64,000 bases of DNA, from the NCBI GenBank assembly GCA_977020255.1, contig CDROCS010005043.1, forward strand, positions 1 through 64,000, written 5' to 3'. Position numbers and translations under genes: made by a program. The DNA is from Obrimoposthia wandeli. Taxonomy: Eukaryota. Positions 10,589 through 21,840 of the stretch are shown one piece after another. Within the stretch, counting starts at the first letter, position 1; the number at the start of each line of letters is the position of its first letter. The notes below the pieces were generated by a model. That model saw only the letters and a program-made list of their open reading frames with translations. It did no database searches and was not told the origin of the DNA.

Positions 10589-12199
10589 ATGTTAAAAAAT
10601 ATCTCTATAGCTAAAAAAATAAACCTCGCACTAAGCAGTCTGTTTATCTTGATCCTCGCTATTTCAGCGATATCACAAAGTAAGCAAGAAACGGCCTTGG
10701 TTTTATCTATTTTAGAGCAACAAGCCCATGAGCAAGCCGACACTTACTTTGATAGTTTAAATACGATGATGCTAACGGGCAGTATTGGTCAACGTGAAAC
10801 CCTGCGTCACAAAATGCTAGAAAATGATAACATTGCCGATATCCGTATCGTCCGAGCAGATAAGGTTAATCAGCTGTATGGCCCAGGATTAGCCAGCGAA
10901 CAAATCAAAGATGATTTTGATCGCCGCGCACTGGCAGGTGAAGATATAACTCAAGTCATTAGCACACAGCAAGGTGACACCTTATTAATCACCAAACCAC
11001 TTATCGCATCAAAAAATTACCGCGGTACTGACTGCACAGCTTGCCACAATGCCAAAGAAGGCGATGTACTCGGAACTGTCAGACTTGAATACTCGCTGAC
11101 CCATTTCTACCAACAAGTACAACAAAACATTTTACGCTCGAGTGCAATCTTAGCCGGGGTATTATTAGCCGGTTTGCTACTCACCTTATTCATCATACGA
11201 AAAATGATCCTCAAGCCAATTGGCGAACTGACCAACAGCATGGAACTTGCCAGTGATACCCAAGATGTCACGACGCTGATTGAAGTGAAAAACAATGACG
11301 AAATCGGCCGCATGGTCACCGCATTTAATTACATGATGAGTAACTTCCATTACAGCCTGACCCATGTACTCAATACCGCAGAGCAATTAGAAGACATTTC
11401 GACAAAATTAAGTACCGCCTCAACGCAAACCTATAACTCGGCTAATCAACAGAAACAAGAAGCGGCAACGATTAACGCCAGTATCGCCACCATGCAGACC
11501 CAGGTTGAGGATATTAAGACAAAAGCGACGCTGACTACGACAGCATCAACACAAGCCGCATTACAAACGGATAAAGGCAACATTCTAGCCAGTGCCACAA
11601 TTGATGAAATCAGTATACTGACCACACAGCTTGATCACGTCGTCGATAAAATGCATCAACTCGGTGAACAAACCAATAACGTCACTAAAATCTTAGGGGT
11701 GATTAATTCCATTTCCGAACAGACCAATTTACTCGCGCTAAATGCCGCGATCGAAGCCGCCCGTGCAGGTGAAAGTGGTCGTGGATTTGCCGTCGTTGCA
11801 GAAGAAGTGCGAGCATTGGCGATTAAGACCAATAACTCAACCAAAGAAATACAAACCATTGTCAGTTCATTGATTGAAACGTCAAACAGCTCGTTTTCAG
11901 CGATGGATACTGCCAAAGTAACAGCGACAGAAGGCGCGATCAAGGTATCGCAGTTAGCGGACATGTTAAATGAGATTGCACGGGAAATGCAGGAGATCAA
12001 TCAGCTCAACGATTCCGTTACCGAGTCATCGATAACGCAACAAGAATTGACCACTGACATTCAATACAACATTGAAATGATTGCCGTTCATTCGGATGAA
12101 ACTACGGTGGTAGCAACTCACGCAAGCAGTATCAGCCAAGACTTACTCAGTCACTCCACTGAACTACTGGCGAAAGTAAAAGAGTTTAAATTAAGCTAA
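10589..12199 (+). CDS. Methyl-accepting chemotaxis protein with a periplasmic c-type heme motif (DUF3365-like sensor)
   Basis: Two TM segments, periplasmic CTACH (11033-11047), HAMP domain, and signalling hairpin [32 protein letters not shown]. Likely start is ATG 10589 rather than 10547. Confidence 0.92.
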   Translation: MLKNISIAKKINLALSSLFILILAISAISQSKQETALVLSILEQQAHEQADTYFDSLNTMMLTGSIGQRETLRHKMLENDNIADIRIVRADKVNQLYGPGLASEQIKDDFDRRALAGEDITQVISTQQGDTLLITKPLIASKNYRGTDCTACHNAKEGDVLGTVRLEYSLTHFYQQVQQNILRSSAILAGVLLAGLLLTLFIIRKMILKPIGELTNSMELASDTQDVTTLIEVKNNDEIGRMVTAFNYMMSNFHYSLTHVLNTAEQLEDISTKLSTASTQTYNSANQQKQEAATINASIATMQTQVEDIKTKATLTTTASTQAALQTDKGNILASATIDEISILTTQLDHVVDKMHQLGEQTNNVTKILGVINSISEQTNLLALNAAIEAARAGESGRGFAVVAEEVRALAIKTNNSTKEIQTIVSSLIETSNSSFSAMDTAKVTATEGAIKVSQLADMLNEIAREMQEINQLNDSVTESSITQQELTTDIQYNIEMIAVHSDETTVVATHASSISQDLLSHSTELLAKVKEFKLS

Positions 12200-12219
12200 G
12201 GCGTCATCTTTAATAACCG

Positions 12220-13392
12220 CTAGCTTAAACCAATCGCATAACGTAGCGCCTGACGCTTTAATGGTCCGGCGCGTTGTGCAACTGCAAGTCCAAGATTACG
12301 CAGGATCTTAATGGGTGCGGAGTTATTACTGAATACCGAATAAAACAGATCCATGCTGGTTTGCATTAATAAATTATCTGGTCTTCTTGTGCGCTGGTAG
12401 CGTGCTAATAACGCTTCGCTATCCCATGCTTCACCTTCAATCACCGCACTTCTAATCAGTTCGCATAACACATTCACATCTTTAAAACCGATATTAACGC
12501 CCTGTCCTGCTAATGGGTTAATGGTATGCGCTGCATCACCCAGTAATACCACACGGCCTTTATAATACTGCTGAGCATGACGGCGTGTTAATGGGAATGA
12601 ACCGTGATTAGTGATTTCAAATTCACCAATTAAATCAGGAAAGTGTTGTTGCACTTCCTTTTTCAGATCGGCGTTAGATAACTGACTTAAATATTTGATT
12701 TGTGCAGTCTGGTGATACCAAACCAAGGATGCTTTATGCCCCGGTAACGGTAATAACGCCATTGGACCTGTGGGTGAAAACTCCTGCCAAGTCACCTCTT
12801 GTTGTGCTTGCTCTGTATCAATATTAATCAGCATACAGCTTTGGCGATAATCCCAGCTACTAATACCGATGTTCGTTTGTTGACGGATAATAGAGTTGGC
12901 ACCATCGGCGGCAAGCACTAACTTAGCGCGTAATTTAACGCCAGATGTGAGTGTGATCTCAGTGTAATCACTGTATTGCACTAGCGTGTCCACTTTTTCA
13001 GGGCACATTAACTGTACATTAGTATGGCGCTTCATTGCTTCGAGTAAACCTAACTGGATCACACGATTTTCAATGATGTAACCTAACTTATCGTAGCCGA
13101 TATCGTCAGCATGGAATTTAGTCTCGCAACCACCTTGATCCCAGGTTTCCAAACGTCGGTAAGGACAAAGACGCATTTCTCTGATGTTGCTCCAAGCACC
13201 TGTTGCAACAAGTAGCTGTTGAGAAGCTAAACTGATTGCCGATACACGCAAGTCCATTGGTTGCTCAAACGAGAACGCAGCTGGCATTTGCGCTTCAATT
13301 ACCGCAATCTTAAGTCCCGAAGGGGCGAGTAAATTAGCGGTACTGGCACCGACCATGCCACCACCAACAATAATTACATCAAATTCCTGCAT
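12220..13392 (-). CDS. ubiF: Ubiquinone-biosynthesis flavin monooxygenase (UbiF-like)
   Basis: IVGGGMVG FAD motif, LRVSAIS, AADGANS, GDAAHTINPLAGQGVNIG; divergent from miaB as for E. coli ubiF. Confidence 0.85.
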   Translation of the reverse strand: MQEFDVIIVGGGMVGASTANLLAPSGLKIAVIEAQMPAAFSFEQPMDLRVSAISLASQQLLVATGAWSNIREMRLCPYRRLETWDQGGCETKFHADDIGYDKLGYIIENRVIQLGLLEAMKRHTNVQLMCPEKVDTLVQYSDYTEITLTSGVKLRAKLVLAADGANSIIRQQTNIGISSWDYRQSCMLINIDTEQAQQEVTWQEFSPTGPMALLPLPGHKASLVWYHQTAQIKYLSQLSNADLKKEVQQHFPDLIGEFEITNHGSFPLTRRHAQQYYKGRVVLLGDAAHTINPLAGQGVNIGFKDVNVLCELIRSAVIEGEAWDSEALLARYQRTRRPDNLLMQTSMDLFYSVFSNNSAPIKILRNLGLAVAQRAGPLKRQALRYAIGLS

Positions 13393-13615
13393 CGTGTTTC
13401 CTGAGCCGTTAAGGTTAAATTCTTATCTGAATCAGAATTCTACCAAGCTTTACGCCGAAATGATTGCTTTGTGCAATGAAAATTACAGTAAATTTATGCA
13501 TAGAAGCACAGATAACGTCTAGTCAACAGCGTATTAAGGCAGTAGAATACGCGATCTTCTGTGTGTTCTCACACAACCCGAATATAGCAATAAATAATAA
13601 AGAGCAACGTGGATA

Positions 13616-15043
13616 ATGAGTAAAAAACTGCACATTAAAACCTGGGGCTGCCAGATGAACGAATACGATTCATCGAAAATGGCAGACTTGTTAAATGCCG
13701 AAAATGGTTTTGAACTAACTGACAACCCAGAGGAAGCGGATGTTCTTCTATTAAACACCTGTTCTATCAGAGAAAAAGCGCAAGAAAAAGTATTCCATCA
13801 ATTAGGTCGTTGGAAAAAGCTAAAGAAACGCAATCCTAAATTAGTGATTGGTGTTGGTGGTTGCGTAGCATCACAAGAAGGTGCTGAAATTCAAAAACGC
13901 GCACCGATTGTAAATCTCGTATTTGGTCCACAGACTTTACACCGTTTACCTGAAATGATCACTGATGCACAAGCCGGTAAAAAAGGCTTGGTTGATGTTA
14001 GTTTCCCTGAAATTGAGAAATTCGATCGTTTACCAGAGCCGCGTGCCGAAGGTGTATCAGCATTCGTTTCTATCATGGAAGGTTGTTCAAAATACTGCAC
14101 ATTCTGCGTTGTACCTTACACCCGTGGTGAAGAAGTAAGTCGTCCGCTTGATGATGTCTTATATGAGATTGCCCAACTAGCAGAACAAGGTGTACGTGAA
14201 GTAAACCTATTAGGCCAAAACGCCAATGCTTACCGTGGTGAAATGCATGACGATGATATGTGCTCATTTGCAGATTTGCTACGTTATGTAGCCGCGATTG
14301 ATGGTATCGACCGTATCCGCTATACAACCAGTCACCCAATTGAGTTTACGCGCGATATTATCGAAGTATATACCGACACACCAGAATTGGTATCGCATTT
14401 ACATTTGCCAGTACAATCAGGTTCAGACCGTATCTTGACCTTGATGAAACGTGCTCATACAGCGATTGAATATAAATCATTGATCCGTAAACTGCGTAAA
14501 GCACGTCCGGGCCTAGTGATGAGTTCAGATTTCATCATTGGTTTCCCTGGTGAAAGCAAGCAAGACTTCGCTGATACCATGAAACTGATTGAAGACATCG
14601 AATACGATATCAGCTTCAGCTTCATCTACAGCGCACGTCCTGGTACGCCTGCTGCAGATTTACCAGATGATGTATCACTAGAAGAAAAGAAAGAACGTTT
14701 GAAAATTCTACAAACGCGTATTAGCCAAATGTCACAAAAAATTGGTCGTGACATGGTTAACACAACACAACGTATTTTAGTTGAAGGTCCATCGAAGAAA
14801 AACATCATGGAACTAACCGGTCGTACCGAGAATAACCGTGTAGTTAACTTCGAAGGTTCACCAGATCTTATCGGTACTTTTGTTGATGTCGACATTGTTG
14901 ATGTATTCCCTAACTCTATCCGTGGTGTATTCCTCCGCGGTGAAGATGAGATGGGTCTACGTAGTGACGTTAAACCAAGCGAGATCTTGGCACGCGCTAC
15001 CAATCAACCGAATGAGCTAGGTGTTGCCAAGTTCAATCCATAA
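13616..15043 (+). CDS. miaB: tRNA-2-methylthio-N6-dimethylallyladenosine synthase
   Basis: [20 protein letters not shown], radical-SAM CSKYCTFC, C-terminal TRAM domain. Confidence 0.98.
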   Translation: MSKKLHIKTWGCQMNEYDSSKMADLLNAENGFELTDNPEEADVLLLNTCSIREKAQEKVFHQLGRWKKLKKRNPKLVIGVGGCVASQEGAEIQKRAPIVNLVFGPQTLHRLPEMITDAQAGKKGLVDVSFPEIEKFDRLPEPRAEGVSAFVSIMEGCSKYCTFCVVPYTRGEEVSRPLDDVLYEIAQLAEQGVREVNLLGQNANAYRGEMHDDDMCSFADLLRYVAAIDGIDRIRYTTSHPIEFTRDIIEVYTDTPELVSHLHLPVQSGSDRILTLMKRAHTAIEYKSLIRKLRKARPGLVMSSDFIIGFPGESKQDFADTMKLIEDIEYDISFSFIYSARPGTPAADLPDDVSLEEKKERLKILQTRISQMSQKIGRDMVNTTQRILVEGPSKKNIMELTGRTENNRVVNFEGSPDLIGTFVDVDIVDVFPNSIRGVFLRGEDEMGLRSDVKPSEILARATNQPNELGVAKFNP

Positions 15044-15074
15044 GAGCTAGACTTAGAGCCATTAATGATCGTTA

Positions 15075-16106
15075 ATGGCTCTGCCTAATGAGACTATTTT
15101 GAATAAAAATACGACAACGCTCGATATATTTTTAGAACCTGCCGACAGCGCCAGACTCGCACATTTGTGTGGCCCGTTTGATGACAACCTTAAACAACTT
15201 GAACATCGTTTAGAAGTTGACATTACGTATCAAAATAATCAATTTCATATTACTGGTAATCCAGTTAATTCGCACTGTTGCATGGATATTCTTCGTGACC
15301 TTTACGTTGAAACTCAGCCTGTTAAAGGCCAAGTCACCGATATTGATCCTGAAAAGATCCACTTAGCTATACAAGCATGTAAATTAGTTGCACCAGAACC
15401 AGCAGCAAAAGTTGCCAGCTTTAATACCGTTATCAAGACCAAACGCGGTATAATAAAACCGCGTGGTGACAATCAAGCCAATTACATTGCCAATATTTTA
15501 ACGCATGATATAACCTTTGGTATTGGTCCTGCAGGTACAGGTAAAACGTATTTAGCCGTAGCCGCTGCCGTCGATGCATTAGAGCGTCAAGAAGTACGCC
15601 GTATATTACTGACACGACCGGCCGTTGAAGCAGGTGAAAAATTAGGTTTTCTACCCGGTGATTTAAGCCAGAAAGTAGACCCTTATTTACGACCATTATA
15701 TGACGCGTTATTTGAGATGTTAGGTTTTGAAAAAGTGGAACGTTTGATTGAGCGCAATGTCATAGAAATAGCACCTCTTGCTTATATGCGTGGACGCACA
15801 TTAAACGATGCATTTATTATTTTAGATGAAAGTCAGAACACCACCATTGAACAAATGAAAATGTTTTTAACCCGTATTGGCTTTAACTCCAAAACGGTGA
15901 TCACTGGCGATATTACCCAAGTCGACTTGCCAAAACACATCACATCAGGCTTACGCCATGCAATGGATGTACTTGAGCCAGTGAAAGATATTAGTTTTAA
16001 TGTTTTCATATCCAATGATATTGTTCGCCACCCTGTTGTTGCAAAAATTGTCGATGCCTATGAACAATTTGAAAATGGCATTACCCGTGAGGATGAAGAC
16101 CAATGA
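15075..16106 (+). CDS. ybeZ: PhoH-like ATPase
   Basis: [36 protein letters not shown]; conserved miaB-ybeZYX-lnt order. Confidence 0.95.
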   Translation: MALPNETILNKNTTTLDIFLEPADSARLAHLCGPFDDNLKQLEHRLEVDITYQNNQFHITGNPVNSHCCMDILRDLYVETQPVKGQVTDIDPEKIHLAIQACKLVAPEPAAKVASFNTVIKTKRGIIKPRGDNQANYIANILTHDITFGIGPAGTGKTYLAVAAAVDALERQEVRRILLTRPAVEAGEKLGFLPGDLSQKVDPYLRPLYDALFEMLGFEKVERLIERNVIEIAPLAYMRGRTLNDAFIILDESQNTTIEQMKMFLTRIGFNSKTVITGDITQVDLPKHITSGLRHAMDVLEPVKDISFNVFISNDIVRHPVVAKIVDAYEQFENGITREDEDQ

Positions 16107-16564
16107 ATACCGTACTAGATCTACAAATTGCCACTGCAGATGAGCAGCAATTACCAACAGAACTACAATTTACAACGTGGCTAAATGCGGCGGTTAAACT
16201 GTTTCAAGAAAATGCCGAAGTGACAATACGTATTGTTGATAACGAAGAAAGCCAACAATTGAATCGTGACTACCGTGGTAAAGACAAACCAACTAACGTT
16301 CTGTCGTTTCCATTCGAAGTACCAGAAGGTATTGAATTAGATCTGCTTGGTGATTTAATCATCTGTAAACAAGTTGTCGAACGTGAAGCTATCGAGCAAC
16401 AAAAGCCCTTGACCGCACATTGGGCGCACATGGTTATTCATGGAACTTTACATTTACTCGGCTATGATCATATTATCGATGAAGAAGCTGACGAGATGGA
16501 AGCGCTAGAAACCGAAATTATGCTAAAACTCGAATTTGAAGACCCCTATATTACTGAAAAGTAA
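16103..16564 (+). CDS. ybeY: rRNA maturation endoribonuclease YbeY
   Basis: [13 protein letters not shown] and [11 protein letters not shown] metal-binding motif. Confidence 0.97.
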   Translation: MNTVLDLQIATADEQQLPTELQFTTWLNAAVKLFQENAEVTIRIVDNEESQQLNRDYRGKDKPTNVLSFPFEVPEGIELDLLGDLIICKQVVEREAIEQQKPLTAHWAHMVIHGTLHLLGYDHIIDEEADEMEALETEIMLKLEFEDPYITEK

Positions 16565-16606
16565 TATTTATACCATCAACCTTATATAACTTAGGTACAA
16601 CAAACT

Positions 16607-17491
16607 ATGAACGACGACAAACCTCACTCGACAAACGGTTCATCAAAAAAAGGGTTTTTTGAAAAATTTTCTCAATTATTCCAAGGTGAGCCGAGAAACA
16701 GAGAAGAGCTTGTAGAAGTTATCCAGGATGCAGAAAATCGCGAACTGATCGATCAAGACACCAAGGATATGATTGAAGGTGTACTCCAAGTCGCAGGACT
16801 GAAAGTACGCGATATTATGATCCCACGCTCACAGATGATTACCATCGATAAGAGCCAAGGTGTCGACCAATTTTTACCTATCATGATTGACTCTGCGCAT
16901 TCGCGCTTTCCGGTCGTCAATGAAGATAAAGATCATATCGAAGGGATCTTGTTAGCCAAAGATCTGCTTAAATTTGTGTTTGCTGGTGAGTCGGACAGTT
17001 TTGAACTGTCATCGATACTACGTCCAGCGGTTGTTGTACCAGAAAGTAAACGTGTTGATAAGCTCCTCAAAGAGTTTCGTTCTGAACGCTACCATATGGC
17101 CGTTGTGGTCGATGAATTTGGTGGTGTATCAGGCCTTGTGACCATCGAAGATATTCTTGAAGAAATCGTTGGCGATATTGAAGACGAATTCGATGAAGAT
17201 GAATCGGCACAAGAAGATATTCGCCGTATTAATAAAAGTGTATTCTCAGTGCAAGCATTAACACCCGTTGATGATTTCAATGATTACTTCTCATCACGCT
17301 TTAGCGATGATGAAGTGGATACTATTGGCGGTATGATTGCCCATGCATTTGGTCATTTACCAGAGCAAGGCGAGATTATTACTGTCGATGAATTCCAGTT
17401 TAAAGTCATTTCTGCTGACCGCCGTCGTATCATTCAGCTGCAAGTGAAGATACCAGAAGCACAGCAAGAGCGCTTAGCTGAGTCCGCTTAA
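16607..17491 (+). CDS. corC: CBS-domain Mg/Co efflux-associated protein CorC
   Basis: [48 protein letters not shown]. Confidence 0.93.
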   Translation: MNDDKPHSTNGSSKKGFFEKFSQLFQGEPRNREELVEVIQDAENRELIDQDTKDMIEGVLQVAGLKVRDIMIPRSQMITIDKSQGVDQFLPIMIDSAHSRFPVVNEDKDHIEGILLAKDLLKFVFAGESDSFELSSILRPAVVVPESKRVDKLLKEFRSERYHMAVVVDEFGGVSGLVTIEDILEEIVGDIEDEFDEDESAQEDIRRINKSVFSVQALTPVDDFNDYFSSRFSDDEVDTIGGMIAHAFGHLPEQGEIITVDEFQFKVISADRRRIIQLQVKIPEAQQERLAESA

Positions 17492-17549
17492 CCGTCTCAG
17501 TGGCAGGTTAGTTCACTTGTCGCTGTAAATAGCTACAAAGGAATTAACT

Positions 17550-19094
17550 ATCAAGTCACTGATTCATAAAATAAGTGCGCTACTTACTGGCGCACTTAGC
17601 GTCTTTGCTTTTGCGCCGTTTGATTACACCATCAGCTTATACATTTCATTATTTTCTCTGCTTTTTATTCTTGATAATAAATCGGCCAAGCACGCGGCTG
17701 GATACGGTTTTCTGTGGGGGCTCGGGTTCTTCATTGCCGGTATTCACTGGATTTCAGTCAGTATCTTAGACTTTGGTGGATTGCCGCTCTCTGTGGCAGC
17801 ATTACTCGTGGTATTACTCTGCGCCTATCTAGCTATTTACCCTGCACTTTGTGCCTACCTACTTAATCGTTTTACCTCAGACTCGGCGTTACTGCGTTAC
17901 TTTGTTGCTTTCCCTGCTATCTGGTTAATCACAGATTGGTTACGCGGTTGGGTAATGACTGGCTTTCCGTGGTTACAGTTTGGTTATAGTCAAATGGATA
18001 CGCCACTGGTTAGCTTTGCGCCAATACTCGGTGTTGAAGGTGTTACAGCCGCAGTTTGCCTGATTACCGCCAGCTTGTATTACGCTTATCGTGAACGAAA
18101 AGCCGTCTTACCAGCCATTGTGATCACAGCAATCGTGTTGTCAGCCATATCGTTAAAAGGTTTAGAATGGACAGCGGCAGAAGCCGTTAAATCGATCGCT
18201 TTAGTGCAAGGCAATACCAATCAAGATGAGAAGTGGCTGCCAGAAAAACAAGCAGATATTCTCAATGAATACTTAGAACTCAGTTTAGAGAATACCGATG
18301 CTGATATTATCATCTGGCCAGAATCTGCTATTCCAGCATTAGAATTCCAAGTGAAAAATTATTTGGATTATGTCAGTGAATTAATGCGCGAGAGCAATAC
18401 CACCCTTATCAGCGGCATTATTAATTACCAACGTGTCGACGATATCGATGAATATTACAATGCTGTGATCGTACTTGGCCAGCCAGAACAAGCTGCTAAT
18501 CACTCACCGGTGAATGACCGTTATTATAAAAACAAACTATTACCGATTGGTGAGTTTGTCCCCTTTGAAGATCTGCTCAGACCGATTGCACCATTATTTA
18601 ACTTACCTATGTCATCATTTCAACGTGGTGGTGAAGCACAGTTAAACTTAGCCGCGAGCAACGTCCATATTGCCACGGCAATATGCTACGAGATAGCCTT
18701 TAACCAAACCTTAGTGAACACGGTAAAGCCAGATACCGGCTTTATTTTAACGGTAAGTAACGATGCTTGGTTTGGTACTTCAATCGGTCCTGATCAGCAT
18801 TTAGAGATCGCGAGAATGCGGGCGTTTGAATTCCAACGTCCGGTACTCCGTAGTACCAATACCGGCATTACCGCAATTTATGATGCTCAAGGTCAAGAGG
18901 CGGGCCGTATTCCACAATTCGAAAAAGCTGTATTACGTGCCGATGTCACGCCATATCAAGGCACAACACCCTTTAACCGTTATGGTCATACACCATTATT
19001 GATACTGGCAATGCTGTTATTCGCTGGTGTAGTCAGTCATCATTTATTCAGCCATAAAGTCAAAAATGAGAACCCACTTAAAACCTCGTTATAA
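17550..19094 (+). CDS. lnt: Apolipoprotein N-acyltransferase; true N-terminus lies well upstream of the ORF-track start (17781)
   Basis: GFPW...GYSQ, WPESAIP, K.KLLPIGEFVP, ICYEIAF, SNDAWFG, RSTNTGIT. The frame is open back to 17529 and encodes the expected FAFAPFD...GFLWGLGFFIAGIHWISVS. AAAGGA lies 7 nt before ATC at 17550. Confidence 0.9.
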   Translation: MKSLIHKISALLTGALSVFAFAPFDYTISLYISLFSLLFILDNKSAKHAAGYGFLWGLGFFIAGIHWISVSILDFGGLPLSVAALLVVLLCAYLAIYPALCAYLLNRFTSDSALLRYFVAFPAIWLITDWLRGWVMTGFPWLQFGYSQMDTPLVSFAPILGVEGVTAAVCLITASLYYAYRERKAVLPAIVITAIVLSAISLKGLEWTAAEAVKSIALVQGNTNQDEKWLPEKQADILNEYLELSLENTDADIIIWPESAIPALEFQVKNYLDYVSELMRESNTTLISGIINYQRVDDIDEYYNAVIVLGQPEQAANHSPVNDRYYKNKLLPIGEFVPFEDLLRPIAPLFNLPMSSFQRGGEAQLNLAASNVHIATAICYEIAFNQTLVNTVKPDTGFILTVSNDAWFGTSIGPDQHLEIARMRAFEFQRPVLRSTNTGITAIYDAQGQEAGRIPQFEKAVLRADVTPYQGTTPFNRYGHTPLLILAMLLFAGVVSHHLFSHKVKNENPLKTSL

Positions 19095-19266
19095 ATATAA
19101 TTTATCTATATAAATGACGAATTAAGTAATAAAAATGGCACTCTCGAGTGCCACCTTTAATTTAAAACACTATATTATCAATCACTTAAGGTGATCAACT
19201 GCCAACTGTTGTTAACAAGGTTTACTAGCAACTTTTATTAACAGCTCGCGTGATTAGATAATTTGA

Positions 19267-19641
19267 CTAAATAAATAGCGTCACTTTCGTTTTAGCAATA
19301 TAAAAAATCATCACAAAAAACACCATAGTGACCCCGATACAGAATTGACGCAGTTTTAAATTCATCTTAGGCTTAAAGGCCAACATCGCAAACCCGACAT
19401 AAGCAAACAACAACACAAACTTCTCGGTTACCCAACCATCGATAAATGGATATTGATTGATCGTCACACATAAAGCTAAGCCAGATAAAATAAGCACTAA
19501 GTTAAGTACTTTATGGATCTTAAATAACAGCACATTGTTAATATATTCAGAGCCCTTAATCGCCCAAAATGTACGTAATGCAAAACTTAACAAGCTGATT
19601 AACAGTAACGCCAGATGCGCTTGCAGTAATAATGGATACAT
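19267..19641 (-). CDS. Second SirB2-family membrane protein
   Basis: MYPLLLQAH...LSFALRT.WA..S...YPFIDGWVTEK, four TM segments. ATG 19641 preferred over the 19728 extension. Confidence 0.75.
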   Translation of the reverse strand: MYPLLLQAHLALLLISLLSFALRTFWAIKGSEYINNVLLFKIHKVLNLVLILSGLALCVTINQYPFIDGWVTEKFVLLFAYVGFAMLAFKPKMNLKLRQFCIGVTMVFFVMIFYIAKTKVTLFI

Positions 19642-19832
19642 GATAATTCCGTTAACAGAATAGAAATAAGGCTTATGATGATAACCAGCAATAAAAAATC
19701 TGTTTTGACCCAGATCATGACTTAACAATTACATAACAATTTACACCGTATACTCTCGCCGTACAAATCGGTAAACTAGCGTAACTATATACAGCTAAAC
19801 AAACACGACTATCTAGCCAAGAGAGATAAGCA

Positions 19833-20462
19833 ATGCAAGTTAACGTCATTCCAGTTACGCCTTTTGAACAAAATTGTAGTCTATTAATCTGCCCTGAAAC
19901 CAAGAAAGCCGCGATCGTAGATCCCGGTGGTGACATAGATAAGATTCTTAGCCAAGTAAAACAACATGGTGTAGAAGTAGAGAAGATATTTTTAACCCAT
20001 GGTCATATGGATCACGTTGGCGGCACTGAAGCACTTGCAGCAGTATTAAAGGTATCAATAGAAGGCCCACATATTGCCGACAAATTTTGGTTAGATCAGT
20101 TACCAATGCAAGGACAGATGTTTGGTTTTCCAGAAGTACCACCATTTGAACCTCAGCGCTGGTTAGAACACGGCGATACCATTACGTTTGGTAACCAAGA
20201 ACTAGCCGTATTACATACCCCAGGGCATACGCCGGGACACGTGGTATTTAATCACGCAGAGACGAAACAAGTTATTGTCGGTGATGTGCTATTCAGTGGT
20301 TCTATAGGTCGTACTGATTTTCCACAAGGTTGCTTTAATACCTTGATGACGGCGATCAAAAGCCAGTTATGGACGTTACCAGAAGAAACCGTATTCTTCC
20401 CAGGTCATGGACCAATATCGACTATCGGTCATGAAAAAAGAACAAATCCTCACGTAAGATAA
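19833..20462 (+). CDS. MBL-fold hydrolase (YcbL/GloC-like)
   Basis: PVTPFEQNCSL, THGHMDHVGG, HTPGHTPGH, GD.LF.GSIGRTDFP, PGHG. Confidence 0.9.
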   Translation: MQVNVIPVTPFEQNCSLLICPETKKAAIVDPGGDIDKILSQVKQHGVEVEKIFLTHGHMDHVGGTEALAAVLKVSIEGPHIADKFWLDQLPMQGQMFGFPEVPPFEPQRWLEHGDTITFGNQELAVLHTPGHTPGHVVFNHAETKQVIVGDVLFSGSIGRTDFPQGCFNTLMTAIKSQLWTLPEETVFFPGHGPISTIGHEKRTNPHVR

Positions 20463-20512
20463 CGTGATATTCAGTAATACGTTTATCGTCTAGCGATGAA
20501 CTCATAAGCATA

Positions 20513-20548
20513 AAAAAGCTTGTCAGCGTTTCCACTGACAAGCTTTTT
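20513..20548. terminator. Bidirectional terminator; left boundary of the GAG locus
   Basis: aaaaagcttgtcag-8 nt-ctgacaagcttttt perfect inverted repeat between convergent genes. Confidence 0.85.
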
Positions 20549-20568
20549 AGCTAAAAATATATTTGAAT

Positions 20569-21195
20569 CTAAGATTTTTTAAGTTTACCGGTATTTCGAG
20601 TGATCGTTTTATTCTTAGGCCAGTGATCAAAATAGATATGATTACTTTGCCACAATACTTTTTCAGTATTATCACTTAGTAATATATTTGCGACTGCAAA
20701 AGAAAATTCAAAACTAACACCTAAACCTCGGCCAGTAATAAAGTTATCTTCAATAACAACATCTTCATCGACAAAGACCCCATCATTAAATTTGGTTGGC
20801 AGGCCATCACCAGTGGTATATTTACGCGAGCCTAAAAGACCATGGGCAGCCAATACTTTCGCACCAGATGAACACAAGGCACAAATCAATTTATCTTCAA
20901 GAATATGGCGCTTAATAAAATCAATCACCATAGTATTAGCAGATAAATTATCCGTCCCCTTTGGTCCACCCGGCATCATGATCGCATCATAAGTCTGTGT
21001 TTGTTTTTCAGTAAGCGTATAGTCTGCCGTAATACGAGTTTCAAAATACGTCTCTAATGCCGTGGTTTCCATGCACGAAAGTACATCAACCTTAATATCA
21101 AGACGACGCATAATGTCGATAAATACCACCGCTTCACCTTCTTCAAAACCGTCAGCCAATAATACCGCTACATGTTTTTCAGTTTGAGGCTTCAT
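20569..21195 (-). CDS. DJ-1/PfpI (YajL-like) protein
   Basis: VAVLLADGFEEGEA, MPGG..G..NL, nucleophile-elbow ALCSS, ITGRG.G. Confidence 0.85.
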   Translation of the reverse strand: MKPQTEKHVAVLLADGFEEGEAVVFIDIMRRLDIKVDVLSCMETTALETYFETRITADYTLTEKQTQTYDAIMMPGGPKGTDNLSANTMVIDFIKRHILEDKLICALCSSGAKVLAAHGLLGSRKYTTGDGLPTKFNDGVFVDEDVVIEDNFITGRGLGVSFEFSFAVANILLSDNTEKVLWQSNHIYFDHWPKNKTITRNTGKLKKS

Positions 21196-21204
21196 AATGT
21201 CACC

Positions 21205-21840
21205 TTATCCGTTAACAAGTTTGCAAGTATCAACAGCATTTTTCGCAATCGTATCCCAGTCATGGTCACGAATGGCTGCCGTTGTTGCGATCCAACTACC
21301 ACCACATGCTATAACTTGTGGTACAGCAAGATACTCCAGAACATTAGATGGCTTAATACCGCCTGTAGGCATAAGTTTGATTTGACTATATGGACCAACT
21401 AACGCTTTGACCATATTAACGCCACCAGAGGCCTCCGCAGGGAAGAATTTAACGACATTAATACCAAGCTCTAATGCTTGTTCAATTTGACTTGGGCTAT
21501 TAATACCTGGGATGATTTTAATGCCATTTTCAATACAGTAATTCACTGTTGTTGGATTAAACCCTGGGCTAATAATAAAGTCAGCGCCCGCAGCTACAGC
21601 TTCATCAACTTGCGCAATCGTTAATACTGTACCTGCACACAAGATCACATCCGGAAAAGCGGCGCGAATACGGCGAATTGATTCAGCCGCAGCCGCACTG
21701 CGAAACGTAATCTCTGCTGCTGGTAAGCCATTTTCAGCTAAGACTTCCACCAGTTTTACCGCATCATCGGCATTTTCAATTTGGATCACTGGCATAACAG
21801 CCAATGCTGATAATTTATCAATTAATTCGTTATTTATCAT
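21205..21840 (-). CDS. eda: KDPG/KHG aldolase
   Basis: EITFRS, GAGTV-like AGTVL, F.ISPG, KFFPAE, PTGGI. Confidence 0.93.
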   Translation of the reverse strand: MINNELIDKLSALAVMPVIQIENADDAVKLVEVLAENGLPAAEITFRSAAAAESIRRIRAAFPDVILCAGTVLTIAQVDEAVAAGADFIISPGFNPTTVNYCIENGIKIIPGINSPSQIEQALELGINVVKFFPAEASGGVNMVKALVGPYSQIKLMPTGGIKPSNVLEYLAVPQVIACGGSWIATTAAIRDHDWDTIAKNAVDTCKLVNG

